This document shows positions 1 through 12,760 of a stretch of 64,000 bases of DNA, piece after piece. A program made the translations under genes and the position numbers. The notes under the pieces are model-generated. The model ran no database searches. It saw only the letters and a program-made list of their open reading frames with translations, and was not told the origin of the DNA. The DNA comes from Eutreptiella sp. 'Long Island Sound 2002' (Eukaryota > Protista > Euglenida), in contig OZ038378.1 of the NCBI GenBank assembly GCA_964036045.1, positions 6,262,001 to 6,326,000 on the forward strand, written 5' to 3'. The number at the start of each line of letters is the position of its first letter. Position 1 is the stretch's first letter.

Positions 1-272
1 CTACCTTTTAACTGATTCTGAATTCAGTTGCTTGGCCATGCTGGCCAAGCCATATCCTGTGTCTGGCCCAACCTAGTTGCCCCAGATTCCTAACCAACTC
101 CATTGCATGTCAAAGTGTGCACATGAAGTGCTTGGGACTATCCTTGAGGCCAGACTGATGCCAGTTTTCATTATAAAATCAATTGCAACTTGCAGTTTGG
201 GTCACTTAATTCTAAGGGCATTTCCAAGGGGTGTGCTTGGGGGCTCTTCGGGGAGAACATAGTCTAAAAGTA

Positions 273-298
273 GCGCGCAGTGCGCGCGCACTGCGCGC
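273..298. repeat. 26-bp perfect palindrome followed by CTAG|T (possible Helitron-like 3' terminus)
   Basis: GCGCGCAGTGCGCGCGCACTGCGCGC equals its own reverse complement; CTAG at 317-320 is followed by T. The segment at about 185-315 has a diverged copy at about 46700-46818. Confidence 0.7.
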
Positions 299-334
299 GC
301 AGTGCAAAGACTCCCCCTAGTGTTGTTAGGACGT

Positions 335-1130
335 ATGAGGGGCCAAAATGGCTTAGCATGGGCTCAAAATTGGCTGGTGTCACTTATTTGTGCACCCCAA
401 ATGCTTTAGGATCAATTTTGGAAAAGCGTGCTTTTGAGCCCTTTTTGGCGCATTTTTGGTTCCAAAACGGCCAACTTTCAAGGCATTTTGGGACTTCACG
501 AGGGCCAAAACGGGCCACCACAGGCTAAGAACCGGCTAAAACCACTTGTTCTGCCATCCCATGTGGTCCAGGATCATTTTTGGAAAAAATCCTTTTTTGC
601 CCCCGGTGGACCCGTTGACCCATTTTGGTGCCCATTTGTTTGGACTCAAGCTTGCGGCTGCCTAGTGGGCCCAAGTACGGGGGTCAAGGCGTCTGTTTAA
701 GCGATTTGAAGGGGTGGAAACCACAAGAAGTGGGTGGACTAGGTGCCCTTGGAATTGCGTTTAGACTAGCCCTAGATGCGGCTTGTTCTAGGTTTGGGGA
801 TGTCAGCGGCCAAGCGGCACAGATTTAGGGGCTTTTTGGCGCCTTTTTGGGATGTTTCTCGACCATGTTGTGGAGTGAGAGCGCACCAACAGGCTCTTTG
901 AAATGGGAAAGTCAAGCTGCACGTGGAGTGTACTAACCGTTTCCCTTCGTTTGGCCGTTTTGACCGAGTTCTAGGGCTGTTTTGGGCACCAATGGCTGTT
1001 TTTGGCCAACAATAGTGCACATTTGGGAGGGCACTTCCCGACTTGGCGGCTACACCCCGGGACGCCATCGGTGAGTTGGGGGCTCAAAGTTTGGATTTGG
1101 GAAGGCCATGTGTCAATGTGGGAGATGGCT
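335..1130 (+). mobile_element. Dispersed copy of the non-coding repeat family that is tandemly arrayed at 53.5-57.2 kb
   Basis: Shares the motifs GAGGGGCCAAAATGG, TGCACCCCAAATG, GGATCATTTTTGGAAAA and GGGGTGGAAACCACAA with 53600-57100, in the same order. Confidence 0.75.
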
Positions 1131-1313
1131 AGAGTAGAGTAGAGCCCGGAGCGATGAGACAAAGCAACAGCCAAAACGGAAAGGAGAGGTGTTACTTGTT
1201 GTTGTTGCTTATTGTTGTTGCCTGTTGTTGTTGCAAGCTAGATTTAAGGGGAGAGGGGTGTAGTAATATATGGTATATGTTAACTCTGCCCCCCCCCCCT
1301 ATCATAGGTCCCC

Positions 1314-1354
1314 CTAGGCGCCTTCAACCCCCATGTGGGGTTGAAGGCGCCTAG
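1314..1354. repeat. Perfect 18-bp stem, 5-nt loop hairpin ending in CTAG
   Basis: CTAGGCGCCTTCAACCCC-CATGT-GGGGTTGAAGGCGCCTAG, followed by T. Confidence 0.9.
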
Positions 1355-4300
1355 TATGCAAGAATATGCACAGTTTACACCGAATGCCACTCCGTTTACC
1401 CGTACACCCCTCCTGTTTACCCGTGGACCATAGGAAACGCTGTAGTCTACAGACACTAGACACTGTTTGCCCCGAGTAGATGCGGTCTGTTAATTGTAGA
1501 CACTGTCGGCATGTTGTAGATGCGAAGTGCCAAGGGCTCTGATTCGGGGGGGGGGGGGTTGGCCTTCATTGGCATTCCTATCTGTCAACCTTTCCAACAG
1601 CAATTAGCCCAGTAGTTCTTGCTTTGATAGATAGACAGAAGCGGCTAGGTGCAGCAAGCTAGGGCTAGAGTGGGCACTGCCATATTTGAATTGCACTTAG
1701 TCAACTCAGAGCAGGCTTCAGGACACGTTTTCCCGCAAGATACAAAGGTAGAGTGCACAGTAAAATGGAATTTGTCATTTCTGCAAGTGCTTGCATACCA
1801 TACTGTTGTCCATGGGACTTAAAGTCAAAGTGGGTAGTGCAGCAGCATCTTTCAGGCTTACAAGGGCTTGCGCCACTGCGGCAGTTAAGATACAACCTTA
1901 GAGTGTGCAGTACAGTGCCATCCTTCAGCCCCGCAATGTATTGGACACACAATGCAAATGGGAAGTGTACAGGTAAGTGTGTATGGACAGTCAATTTGAT
2001 AAAATGATGAGTCTGCCTGCCATGTGTGCAGCATGCGGCTGTTTGGCCTGTACGCGCCTTGGGTACACTCAACATTGCCAGGTCCTCCAGCATGCAGAGG
2101 AGAGATGCGCGCCTGGTTGTTTTTCTTTGGCAGCACAGACCGAGGGAGGCAGGCTGCTGCTGTGGTAGCCTTGAGTATGCAGCCATGCATCATTAAACAC
2201 AGGCTGGCAGTGGGGAGAGGGTGCTGTAATGGGGAAAACTTCCACTGTTGCTATCTCTTTGGGTGTCATGAGCACAATTGACCACCAAGCCCTTTTTCTG
2301 GGTAATGCAGTCCTCAGGTTCTCTTTGATTGGATGCAAAATCTGAAACTAAAACAATACCATCTCAGTGGGATCCTCCCAGGGACCCCATATCTATCCGC
2401 TGCAATGTTTGTGTCTCGTATTTTGTATTAGAATTTTGGAAACATACCCGTCCGGCGCCCCGACTCCTCTCATCTACCCAGCATCAAGCCAAAATGTGAT
2501 GTCGTAGACAACCTCTTGTGGCTGCACAAAGCCGCCACAGCTGCTGCAATCAAATGGATCCTCTGCAAGTGGCAACATCAGCGCAAGTGAGAGACACCCA
2601 TGGCTCCGATGATCATCCAGTGTACTGCGCCATGGGTGGATCCCAGCATCAGTATCCAAATGGGACTGTCCCCCAGCCCAAGGAGTCGTTCCAGGCATTA
2701 TTGGAAAAAGGTTTGCAATTGTGGTGCACCAGATTTGGGCCACCAACTCAACGTTGATGCGTTACATTCCTCCAACTCAATGGGTTGTAGTTCCACAAAT
2801 GGTCAAAAAAGGGCTTCACGTGTCTGCAAATGGTGTCTGAGAGATGGCACTTTGCGCCTTTCAGCAGTCTTCTCCCCATTACATAGCTTGGCAGTCATCA
2901 GCGGGTCTGTACCCATGTGTGGAGCCATGGGGGATGGGTGAGTAGGAGTGGGGGTGCCATAAAGGCGCCAGTTGGTTTCGGATGTACTTCCGGATGTCCA
3001 CACTGGAGTTTTCAGGTGGCAATGATCTGCATTGCTTGTCTAAAGCCAATGAGGAAAGGTGTTTATTGCAGGTGAGGTTGAATATATGGTGTTCTCATAT
3101 GCACAGCTTTGGAGCACAAAGGCTGAATGGTAGTTCTAAAGCTACTGTGGGTAGGTTATCTGAAAGGATCTTCAGGATTATGTGTTACATATTAGGACAC
3201 CGGGCACATGGTGTGGAAAACGTAGAAAACGCAGAAAACAACCCAACCCAACACAGCCCGCCATTGTGCACACCCCGCCATAACCCCCCGCCCCATGAAC
3301 GGCACAAGTGCAATCGTGACATGTAGTATGGCTGGAAAGCCAGTAGAGGGCCCAACACATATGTTGCGGTAGAGAGCAAAATGGGAGCAATATCATTGGA
3401 TTGGGGCAATCAGAATTGGGGCACCTATAGGGGAACTTGAGTGCGCCAGGCATGCGCCGGGCACTTGATGGGTGCGCACAGGGCATCTGTTTAGGCCTAA
3501 ACGCCCCAAACTAGCGCTATATCAAGCACAACCCAACATTTATTCCCCTTAGGAACACCAATGTGGCAGTGGTTATGTCACCATATCATATGAGTCCTCC
3601 CCTCTTTTGGCAACCCTCATGCAGCAGGGTTTACGTAGCCCTTTCGATTCGCTGTGCTGTGGGGACCTTGATTTAGGTCGGGGTGATGGAGGCACTTTGA
3701 TGCCTATGTGGCGTGGCACTGTGAATGAGTTATATCCATAAGGGCGTGTTTTATTGCACTGAACATAGTTTTGTATCAAGAGGCAGTTCTGTTGCTCCTT
3801 TTTATGGGCCATGTGAACATGACCGTCTTGTGTGTGGATCGCATGGTGGGGATAAGATAGATGCGTTTGGGTTTGATTTAGTTGGAAGCGTGACAATTAT
3901 TTTTGTGTGCTTTGGGGCTTCTCCAGGAGAGGGTAAGAGTGGGACTAAGATTTTGGACACTTGCCCACAATTTGCGCAGAGGGTCTGCGCCGGGCAAACA
4001 CTCTCCTAGTATTTTCGTCTCTGGCCATTTTCAGAAGCAATATCGCATTGCTCTGCCTGTTTTGGGCCAGGCCGCACCTCGGATCTCCACCGGGGTGGTG
4101 GCGGGGGGCAGCCACAACTTGTTCACCAGTTGGAACCGCTGGGCATTCATTCAGACCCAAAATCGCAAATCATTTGTGGCTGCCCCCTACAACCGATGCT
4201 AGGGCCTTGAGTTGTCATCGCAGGTTACAGCCTGCAGGGTGCTCCCCTCTCTAACAATTGGCGGGACGTGTTGTTAATCAAATCCAGTGTCATCATGACA

Positions 4301-4388
4301 GTCGTGCTGGGGGTCAGGGTGACAGCAAAGTCGTGGTACCGAGCCCCCGTACCGACTATGTGTTAGTGTGCGGCAGGAGGTCGAGCCT

Positions 4389-4774
4389 GCGTGTGCCAAT
4401 GTCTGGCCGGATGACATGCTTGCGTGTGCCGACATCTGGCAGCATGCTTGGTCCGTGCGCGTGCCGACGTCTGGCAGACGTGCAGTGCAATTCTCCCCCC
4501 CCTCTTGTGTATTTTTGAACACCCCACCGGAATAAACCCCCCCCGGTGCCCATCTGCTGCCGTGGCTGCGGGATAGGGGGTCAAGTTAGGTTGCGATGGC
4601 TGTCGCAATGGTGGACAATTGCCACGGGTGCCTCAACCCCTGCCCCAAAAAGCCAACTGATTGGAGCTGCCCGACATTGGCGTGTGCCGGCGTGTGCCGA
4701 CGTCTGGCAGGGGGGTGGTTCTGCGTGTGCTGATGTCTGGCGGGAAGATGCACCCGCGTGTGCCGACGTGTGGT
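4389..4774 (+). repeat. Two clusters of three 19-nt motifs (GCGTGTGCCGACGTCTGGC) at a 33-35-bp period
   Basis: Copies start at 4389, 4422, 4457 and at 4690, 4723, 4756; the spacers differ in sequence. Confidence 0.8.
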
Positions 4775-6569
4775 TTGCCGCGCACTACACAGGTTTTTTG
4801 TGTTGACCGCTTCCCTTTAAGTGCCTGGCCGAGCCGTACACAACGATACACAAGTTTTGAGCCCAGGCCCAGTAGCCGTGCACCGAAAACAGATCCAGGC
4901 ATAGCGTACGGTCTCAACCATGGGTCTGGTTGACACTTTAAGAGGAGGGGGTTGAAGATTTTCCGGAAAAGGGGGTTGGGGGCAACTGCCACCCCAGCAC
5001 CTTGGCATTTGCTGGCAAGTACACCCGGACGCTCCATGGTTGTGGCTGTGGAGGCATCAGGTTGCTGCCAAATCGCTTGGGGGACACCCCAAACCCCCTG
5101 TGATGGCCAGGTAACTGCACCAATCTGCGGCCAAAGAGTAGCAGGTATACCCCCACCCTCTTTGCTTTCTGCTGCAGCTGCGTCCAGTGTCGGCATTTCA
5201 TGGACGGGGATCCCCGCCGCTCCACCGAATCTCGCGTGCACGTCCGCTCCTGAACGGCTGACATACACATCTACTACAGCAGGATCGCACCCGCCGCTGC
5301 CACAGAGTTTGATCCCCACAGGGGCACAGGCACCACCAAGTCACAGGTCTGCGCCGCACTGCGAAGCCCCAAGTGCATTGTAAACAGAAGGCCAGGCTGG
5401 GACAATTGGAAACTGCAAACTTGGGTTCAGAATTGCATGTGCCCCCCTGCCCCTTCACATGCCCCTCATGCACCATTGTTTCACGACTCATACGCCATTC
5501 GTGTACGGCACACTCCCTTCTGTTGCTCTTGTTGCCCTGCATGTAGGGGTAGTTCATGCAGCCAATGGCTCATGCTTGTGCACCTGAGACAAGCTGGACC
5601 CCCTCCCAGCTGACCTATTTGGGTCTCTTTCCTGAACATGGAGGGTCTGCCACAGCGATATCTCGTGCTTGACTGCCAGTTACGCGGAGACCCCTGTCCT
5701 CAGCTGCACGTAGTTTGTTTGCTTTGTCTTTATTTTGGCTTAATGAATGCCATGAGTGCGCTTTCATTGAACCGGATTGCCCACGCCATGTCCGGTCTAT
5801 CAGGGACTGCCTTATGGTGCATGGCACTTGTCCAGGCGCATGATAGCTTCAGCAGCAGCAGCAGCAGCAGCAGCACTAGCAGTAGCGTTTCTTCTGCTTT
5901 TAAAAGGGGGGGGATTTTGTGATAGGACTTTTTCGCTGTGGGATTTTTGGCATTTCAAATTCGTGACAAATTTTCCACACAATGTTCAAGCTGCTGTACG
6001 AAATAAAATCATGTCAAAATTTAGCAAAATTGCTAGTTGTACAGTTACCTTTGCCACACACTCAGCATTTGTAGACAGGATACAGTCGAATTCTGTGGGT
6101 ACGAACCTCTCGCCGTTGATTCATCCCTTTGTTGCACAGCTGTCCATTTTCTGCATACACCGTACAGTTTTCTCTCCACCCTGCTTCGTTTTTTGACGCC
6201 CAAGCCCAAAACAGATGAACGCCAGGAGAAGATTTCTGCAATGGTTGAGCACTTGAGCGACTGCTGGAGCACGCCGTGAAACACATCGGGCTCCATACCA
6301 CAAAAAGGCATGGGTTGATTGGGATGATGATCAATGGCGAGAGGCTTTAAAATTGGACTTGGCAGGCGGTTACAAGAAATGGGCTCAGGGATGTACCACT
6401 CCGATTGGGTGGCTTGGAATATTGACCTACAAGGAAAGCACCGCGCTGAGGACCTATTTTGATGACCTATGCGCTGAAGGTGCAGGTGCAGATCGAGAGT
6501 ATAGTGCAATTTTGGCAAAGAATTTGGTGGCAAAAAACCGACTGCACCTTCCAACAGAGCTACCTGCCA

Positions 6570-6875
6570 CCAGCAATCAACAACAAGGCACCGAGAATGA
6601 ACTGGAACCCTCCAAGAATTAATAGCAACCCACCAGGAATTACTAGCGACCACTTGGAAGTAAAAGCAACCACCAGCAATCAACAGCAAGTCTCCAAGAA
6701 TTACTAGCAACCTTCCAAGAATTAACACCAAGCCAAAGGTATTAACAGCAACCTTTTTGGGAATTCACAGCAATTAATAGCAACCCTCGTAGAGTCAACA
6801 GCAACCCACCGTTAAGAAACAGCAACCACTAGAAAGTAATGGCAAACACTAGCAATTGCCAGCAAACCAACAGAT
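6570..6875 (+). repeat. Degenerate minisatellite (about 20 nt, CCAAGAATTAATAGCAACC-like)
   Basis: Recurrent AGCAAC(C) and CCAAGAATTA motifs. Confidence 0.55.
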
Positions 6876-7544
6876 TGCAACTCATTCGGAAGATCCCGGT
6901 GCAACCCCCTCCCCCCCCCGGTATGACTGACCCCCCCAAATAGGACAACCGTGGAGAAAGGGGCGGTAGAAATCTGGTCTCCGGGTCTGTAAGTGTCACC
7001 GTTTGCGTTGTAAGCAACGTGCAAACTCTGTGTCGTAGGCCCGATGCGGCATACAGTGGACCTCCAATTGCTCTGGGATCTTCCATGTTGCCTTCACATT
7101 CCCATGCACCGGGGCTCTCGTCGGCATCACAACAGACATGGGTATGCGGGTGGGTATGCGGACAATGTGCCGTGCTGGCCCGATTGTGTGTGTGTGTGTG
7201 TGTCTGTATTCGTGTGTTTGTGTATCTGTGTGTGCCAGTGTACGGGCCTGTGCGGGTGCATGCTCGCATATGCGTGTGTGGCTTGGAACAAGGAAAGCAG
7301 AGCATGCTCTACCTTCCCCTGCACATGCGCCTGTATGCAGACACACCCAAAAAAATACCATTAGGGGGCGGCCCACCGCCGTCCCAGGGGGATTTGACTG
7401 CCGCTCCTGGCCGTCTCACTGACCATGGGCACTCCCACGGTCGGGTGTCGGTGTCCTGCAGCCCTCTGCTTCTGCTCTTTGGCTTGCCCGGGCCTGCTGC
7501 TGTATCACCCATGTGTCTGGGTTTGGGCTTGGTGAGCATGCACA

Positions 7545-7975
7545 ACACAGGGGAGGCGTAACAAGAAGGGCAGCGGTCTCTCACTCGGAGCAGGCCCCCG
7601 CAGCTGCTGCGGGCTGGAGGTCAAGAAATGGTGCCGCCCCCCTCCCCCCCCCTGTGCGATGGCGTGCTGCGACTGGCCAGCCGGCGCTGTGCTGGTGTGC
7701 GCCTCGCACGGGTCACCCATGGGTGCCCCATGTACCCCCTTGATCACCAGTGCCTCAGTCCCCTCCCCACAGAGAGGCAGCGGCAGGAAACACTGCCGTG
7801 ACACACTCTGAGCAGGCGGATTGTGGACAGCACAGGCAGGACTGGGGCAAGCAGAACGGATGTCCAAGTGGAGACAATTATCAGCCAGGGAGGCCAGAGC
7901 GGCACGGCAGGGGCGCAGAGGGACGGAGGCTCCATAACCCTCCGCCAAGGGAGGTTCTCACTGGAGTGCCGGCTG
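7545..7975 (+). mobile_element. Degraded 3' fragment of the (CA)n-associated LINE family
   Basis: CWCAPRTGHPWVPHVP resembles CCARGHQGHPRVPAMCP at 20.8 kb. GAGCGGCACGG...GGAGGCTCCATAACCC matches 21143-21181. Confidence 0.45.
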
Positions 7976-8015
7976 AGTCCAGGGCAGGGAGGTCCTCAAG
8001 GAACTAGATTTTTTT

Positions 8016-8309
8016 GTTAAGGACCGCCCTTAGGGACCGTCCCAAGGGACCATCAACCGCCAACCGCCAACCGCCACCAACCGCCAACCACACCAACCGC
8101 CGCCAACCGCCAGCGGTGACCAACTGCCGGCCGCCAACCACTGCCAACCGCCATCAACCACCAATCCCCAATCACCCACCGCTGCCAACCACCACCAACC
8201 GCCACCAACCGCCAGTTGCCAACCGCCCACCGCCGGCCGCCCACCGCCAACACATGGTGTGCCTGCGGGCTTTTTTGCACTTTTTTTTTCCCCCGTTAAG
8301 GACCGCCCT
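8016..8309 (+). mobile_element. Short non-coding element with (AACCGCC)n-like core, bounded by 15-bp direct repeats
   Basis: GTTAAGGACCGCCCT at 8016-8030 and 8295-8309, each preceded by a T-run. A related copy lies at about 57935-58115. Confidence 0.75.
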
Positions 8310-8359
8310 AGTCCAGGGATTTGGGCCTTCATATGGCTCGGCTCATATGGGGTCATTGC

Positions 8360-10991
8360 TATGACGCAGAGCTGCGGGCGACACTCGATGGGGTGGAGCT
8401 GCCAGTGCAGTAGGAATTCAGGCAGCTAGGTGTGGGCGTTCCGACACTGCCAAGACGGGGAACCGGGCCCCTCGTGAAGTAGCGCATTGCCGACAAAAAG
8501 ACAGCCCGATGAAAGGCGAGAGTGATTCCAGGGGGCTTCGACCGCAAGGCCACGGTGGCAGCCGATATGATTGTGGCAGCGGCGTTGTTCGGCGTCGAGG
8601 TGGTGGACATTGCGCAGCGGGACGTGAGCAGTATGGAAGCCGCCATCATGACGGCAATTGGGGGCCCAGCGGACCGTGCAGGGCCAAGGAGCTCCTATTC
8701 GCACTGCTAGTGCCGGGTCATAGAGTAGCACCATCAATAGTCATCCCCTACAAGCGGATGTGCTGGCTGGCGCACCTAGCCCACACGCAGGGAACTACGT
8801 AGACAGTGGCACAGGCCATATGGCAGGAGACGGAACTACCCAGAGCCATGGGCCCATTTGGGAGGGCCGTGCAGGAATTCCGGAAGCTGGGCTGGCGTAC
8901 CACGCGAGGATGGTGGCAGTGGATCCCGCCGGGGACAAAGACGGCGGTGCACCTGGTGCATGCGGACAAGGGGTACCTCGAGCACCTCTTTCGAGAATCG
9001 ATCAAAGAACACAAGCTGGTCACGCTACAGAGGAGGAGGCCGCGCATCTTTGGTGGCATGGGAGCGCGGCCGGACTGGGACCCCCGTCGCTCAAGCTGAA
9101 CTTGTGCGCCACAGAACTAGACAAGTCCATGCCGGGAGGGTCCTGGCGGCGGCATTGTGACACTCTGGACTACGGACACGGTGTATCAACGAGGCCTAAG
9201 ACTGGATGACTGGTGCCCATACTGTGCACAAGGAGTGCCAGAGGACGAGGACCACATGCTGTGGTGGTGCGAGACGTGGAAGTCAGCCAAGGCTCCAATC
9301 CTTGCAAACGTGATGCTGCTAGCCAAGACAATCAAGCTGGGGGCACTGTCCGAATGGCCCCCGTGCATACGATTGTGCGGAGTCATACCGAAGGGCATGG
9401 TCAAGCATAGTGGGATGGCCAAAGGGGCACGATGGAAGAAGCGGTGCAGGGAGCTCAACAAAGTGCCCCGACACTAGGAGCCCGGTCCACAGGAGGCACA
9501 GGACAACACTGCGCTGGCCCTAGTGGGGCATCAATGGGCGGCGGATGATGAAAACCCACCGGAGCAGTTTGCCCACAAAATGCACCGGATGTTCCTGGTG
9601 GTGCTGCAAGCTAGGGAGGAGAAGGAGGATGAGACGGGCCTCTTATTCCCGCTGGCGTGCCGCATGGTGCAGCAGGACTGCTATCCGTGGCATCAATTGC
9701 AGCTCCCCAATCCCAAGGCATGCCCGACACACACCCCCCCCCCCCATTGGACCCCTGCCCCAAAATTGGAATTGGGGAGCGGATTTTTTGCCAGCACTGC
9801 TGCGGTGGCTCACTGAGCTGATGTGGCCGCCGCCAGATGATGGGCTGCCGCAGGGTCGGGGCCAGGTGTCCTTCATGGAGCTCGGGTTGGATTTCGAATC
9901 CCATGCTGGGCGGCCGCTCCCACCGACACCCCAGATGCGCTTCAAGGGAAAAGAGATGTCTCTGCAAGAGAAAGGACGGGTTCTCCAGCTGGCGGTCACC
10001 CTCCTGGACAGAGCGCTGGGGACGGAGTCAATCTTGCCGGCGGCCATCACCACCAAATGCCGGTCCTTCGTCCCGTTGGGGGCGGGAACAGAGGTGGGGG
10101 TCAAGGGAAGACCTATTTTCACGCGCCCCATGGCAGTATGGCATCACCTGCAATGTACGCCGTTGGGCTGTGTTTCGCTCCGCCCCTCCAGGCAGCGTTC
10201 TTGCTGTCCTGCCGTAGGGGCCGTGCGTCCCACTTGCTTGGCTTGCCCTTGTTGCGCTTTCCGTCTCCGCCGCAACGTCCTGGCATGCTGCTGCAGGGCC
10301 CGACGCTTAGCATTTGAGATTTCTACGCAGGGTGCCCGGCGGGGACCGCAGTACGAAGTGGAGGAGCAGACGAGCTGTCCCCGGATGGAGGCGGCGCGTG
10401 CACTTTTCACCCCGCAGAGCAAGTGTCCCCGGGCCAGGCGCCCTGAAACTCGGCCATGGCTGCCGCGGCTGTGGCTCTGTGACACACACCAATACAGACA
10501 ATGTGCCGCCTGCGCGGCAGTGGGCAGGGGGGTGAGGCACTGTTGCACGAGAGGCCACCGTGGGCACCCCCGCCGCCCCGCCGCCTCAACTGCGCCGTGC
10601 GATAGGGCGCAACACCCCTGGGGAGTGTGGGGCGCCATCGACTAAACGGTGTCGGGCGCAGCAGCTGTAGCTGCCCGAGGCTGCTAGGGGGCGAGCTTTC
10701 AAGAGGGAGAGGGCGGGACCCCCCCCCCCCCCCGCCAAACGGGCATGTACACAGCTGCAAGGCGAGGCGCGGCCCGGACGTGCAGGGACGGAGGTGACTT
10801 AGACTCCCACACCCCAGTGGTTGTGGCTCATGCGAGGCCCTCGGCTACGACCCGAGCAGGTGGCAGGCAAAAAAGCTGACAAGCCCCTGGGACTGAAAGC
10901 CAAACTGTATGTTATGATGGCGCCTCAGGCAACCACGGGGGCCCTGGACCCATACGGGCCTCCCTCTGTAATATTGTCCCCCCCCCCTCTC

Positions 10992-11027
<36 letters not shown>
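8360..11027 (+). mobile_element. 5'-truncated, degenerate non-LTR retrotransposon (LINE family B, copy 1)
   Basis: Fragments ATLDGVELPVQ*EFRQLG, GGFDRKATV, AMGPFGRAV..GW...GWWQW, zinc motif CPYCAQGVPEDEDHMLWWC and SFMELGLDFESHAGRPLP are collinear with 16583-19380. Stops and frameshifts are present; it ends in (CA)n at 10995-11027. Confidence 0.85.
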
Positions 11028-11032
<5 letters not shown>

Positions 11033-11356
11033 CTATCTGGCAGGTATCTGGGCCTGCAGGTTCGGCTAAAGACGGTCTGTGCTACATATTTCGGTCCCAA
11101 CCCTGTTGGGGGGCATGCAGCAAGCGCCGGTTTATTCTCTCCAGAAATATGTGTCGGCACGCTCGTCTTGGAGAAAGGACAGGCCTAGTAAAGGGTCTAG
11201 CAAGGGATCAGCCAAACCCGGCCCCAAGGGATCTACCCGGGGCAGGGGGGGGGGGGGGCTGTCAGCAGGGGCGCTTCAGAAGCATTCCGAAGACCCTACT
11301 GCCCTTGATTGGGGCAAGATATCGGGTAAGCGGCGTCGGTAGGCGCCCTCAACATC

Positions 11357-12295
11357 ATGAGTCCGCATCTTAACCCTGATCCTGCCCTGCGGCGGGAAGC
11401 ACCTGTTCACCTATTTCGTAACTTTACTTTATGTGTCGCCAACATCAATGGATGGTCTACAATCCCTGACCGTCCTGGACATAGAGGGAAACTCCTCCCC
11501 CGTCATCAATATGCGTTCAAAATGTTTCGGCGGCACCACCTGTCGCTGGTGGGCCTGGTCGAACATCACTTACATGATGTGGGGGCAGTGCAATCCGCAC
11601 AGCACTTGGCGCAACGGCATGGTTACGAGTTCCTTGCCAATCTTTCTGTTGAGCGGAAGTCAGGGGTTGGCTTGTTGTTGAAGCGCCCGTGTACACTTTC
11701 CCGCTCCTTCTCCTTTGGCTCTCGCCTTCTGGTTGTTATCTTGAAGCACTTTGGCAATTTTGAAGTCGCCTTCGTGGTGGGCCATTTCTATTACCGCCCC
11801 CATGAGCGCCGCGCCCAGTGGAATGCCATGGGTGAGTATGTAGCTGCTTTTGGTGATCTGCCGGTGGTCCTGCTGGCTGTCCACAACTCTATTCTTTCCC
11901 CTCTCGACGGCACACGTGTCAACGTGTGGTCCCAAAACGAGTTAGCCGCCATGGAATCTGAGAGGACGGCCCTTGGGGCCCTCGGTCTGTTTGATGCTTG
12001 GGTGTCTCAATTCTCCGAGAGGGAGGCGCCTGAATATACGCGCACTGTTGTTTTGCCCTCTGTAGATGGGATGCCGGCTGCAATTGTGTCCCGTCACATT
12101 GACCGCGTTTCGGTCACGGATGATCTGTTGCAATATGGGACTAGCATGTTTACCACACCCGTAGGTTTTAGCGATCACAGTGCAGTGGTCACGCAGTTTA
12201 TTGGCATGGGCTTGGGGGGTCGGCAGCCCGTGTGCTGGAAATTTCCAGTGGACGCGTTGCATCACCAACCCACTGTTGATTGGATTTCTCAATAG
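11357..12295 (+). pseudogene. LINE ORF2 apurinic endonuclease (Exo_endo_phos) domain
   Basis: LCVANINGW, VGLVEHH, SGVGLLL, VGHFY, YTR...RHIDRVSVT and GFSDHSAV are APE-family motifs. Confidence 0.85.
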
Positions 12296-12760
12296 CCTTG
12301 TGCTATTAACGATTCCGGTGTGGAGGGCCTTGAGGCCTTTTCCAAGGCCCATCCGGTGCTGAGGGAAGCGGCATCCAGATACTACCGCGATCAACCGCCT
12401 TCTACACCAGAGTACGTGCGCCTTCGAGCATTGCTCTCCAGCAGCTCGGCGGACTACGTTCCGCTGGCGGCCTTTCATGAGCCACGTCACCGGGGTGTGT
12501 GCCCGTTGACGATGCGTGATGCATATGTAGAGCTGGTCAAAGTTGTGTGCGCGCACCGTGGCGTTGAACGTGTGGAGCGACAATACCAGCGTGTTAGAGA
12601 CGTCCTGTAGACGTCGGAGAACATCCAGGCAGCACGTAAGCGGAGGGCGAAAGCGGTGGTCCGCCTTATGCAGCAAGTGCAGGACCGCCGTACATATTTT
12701 GTTTTGCGGTCACACGCGGGGCAACTTATCTCCAACTAGCGTGAGATTGCCCGAGAGCTG

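Noticed and set aside
1700-3330. Possible decayed gene or transposon on the minus strand
   Set aside because: There are multiple stops and no motif I can assign with confidence.
4389-4774. CRISPR array
   Set aside because: Repeats of 19 nt and spacers of 14-16 nt are too short, there are only 3+3 units, there are no cas genes, and the context is eukaryotic.
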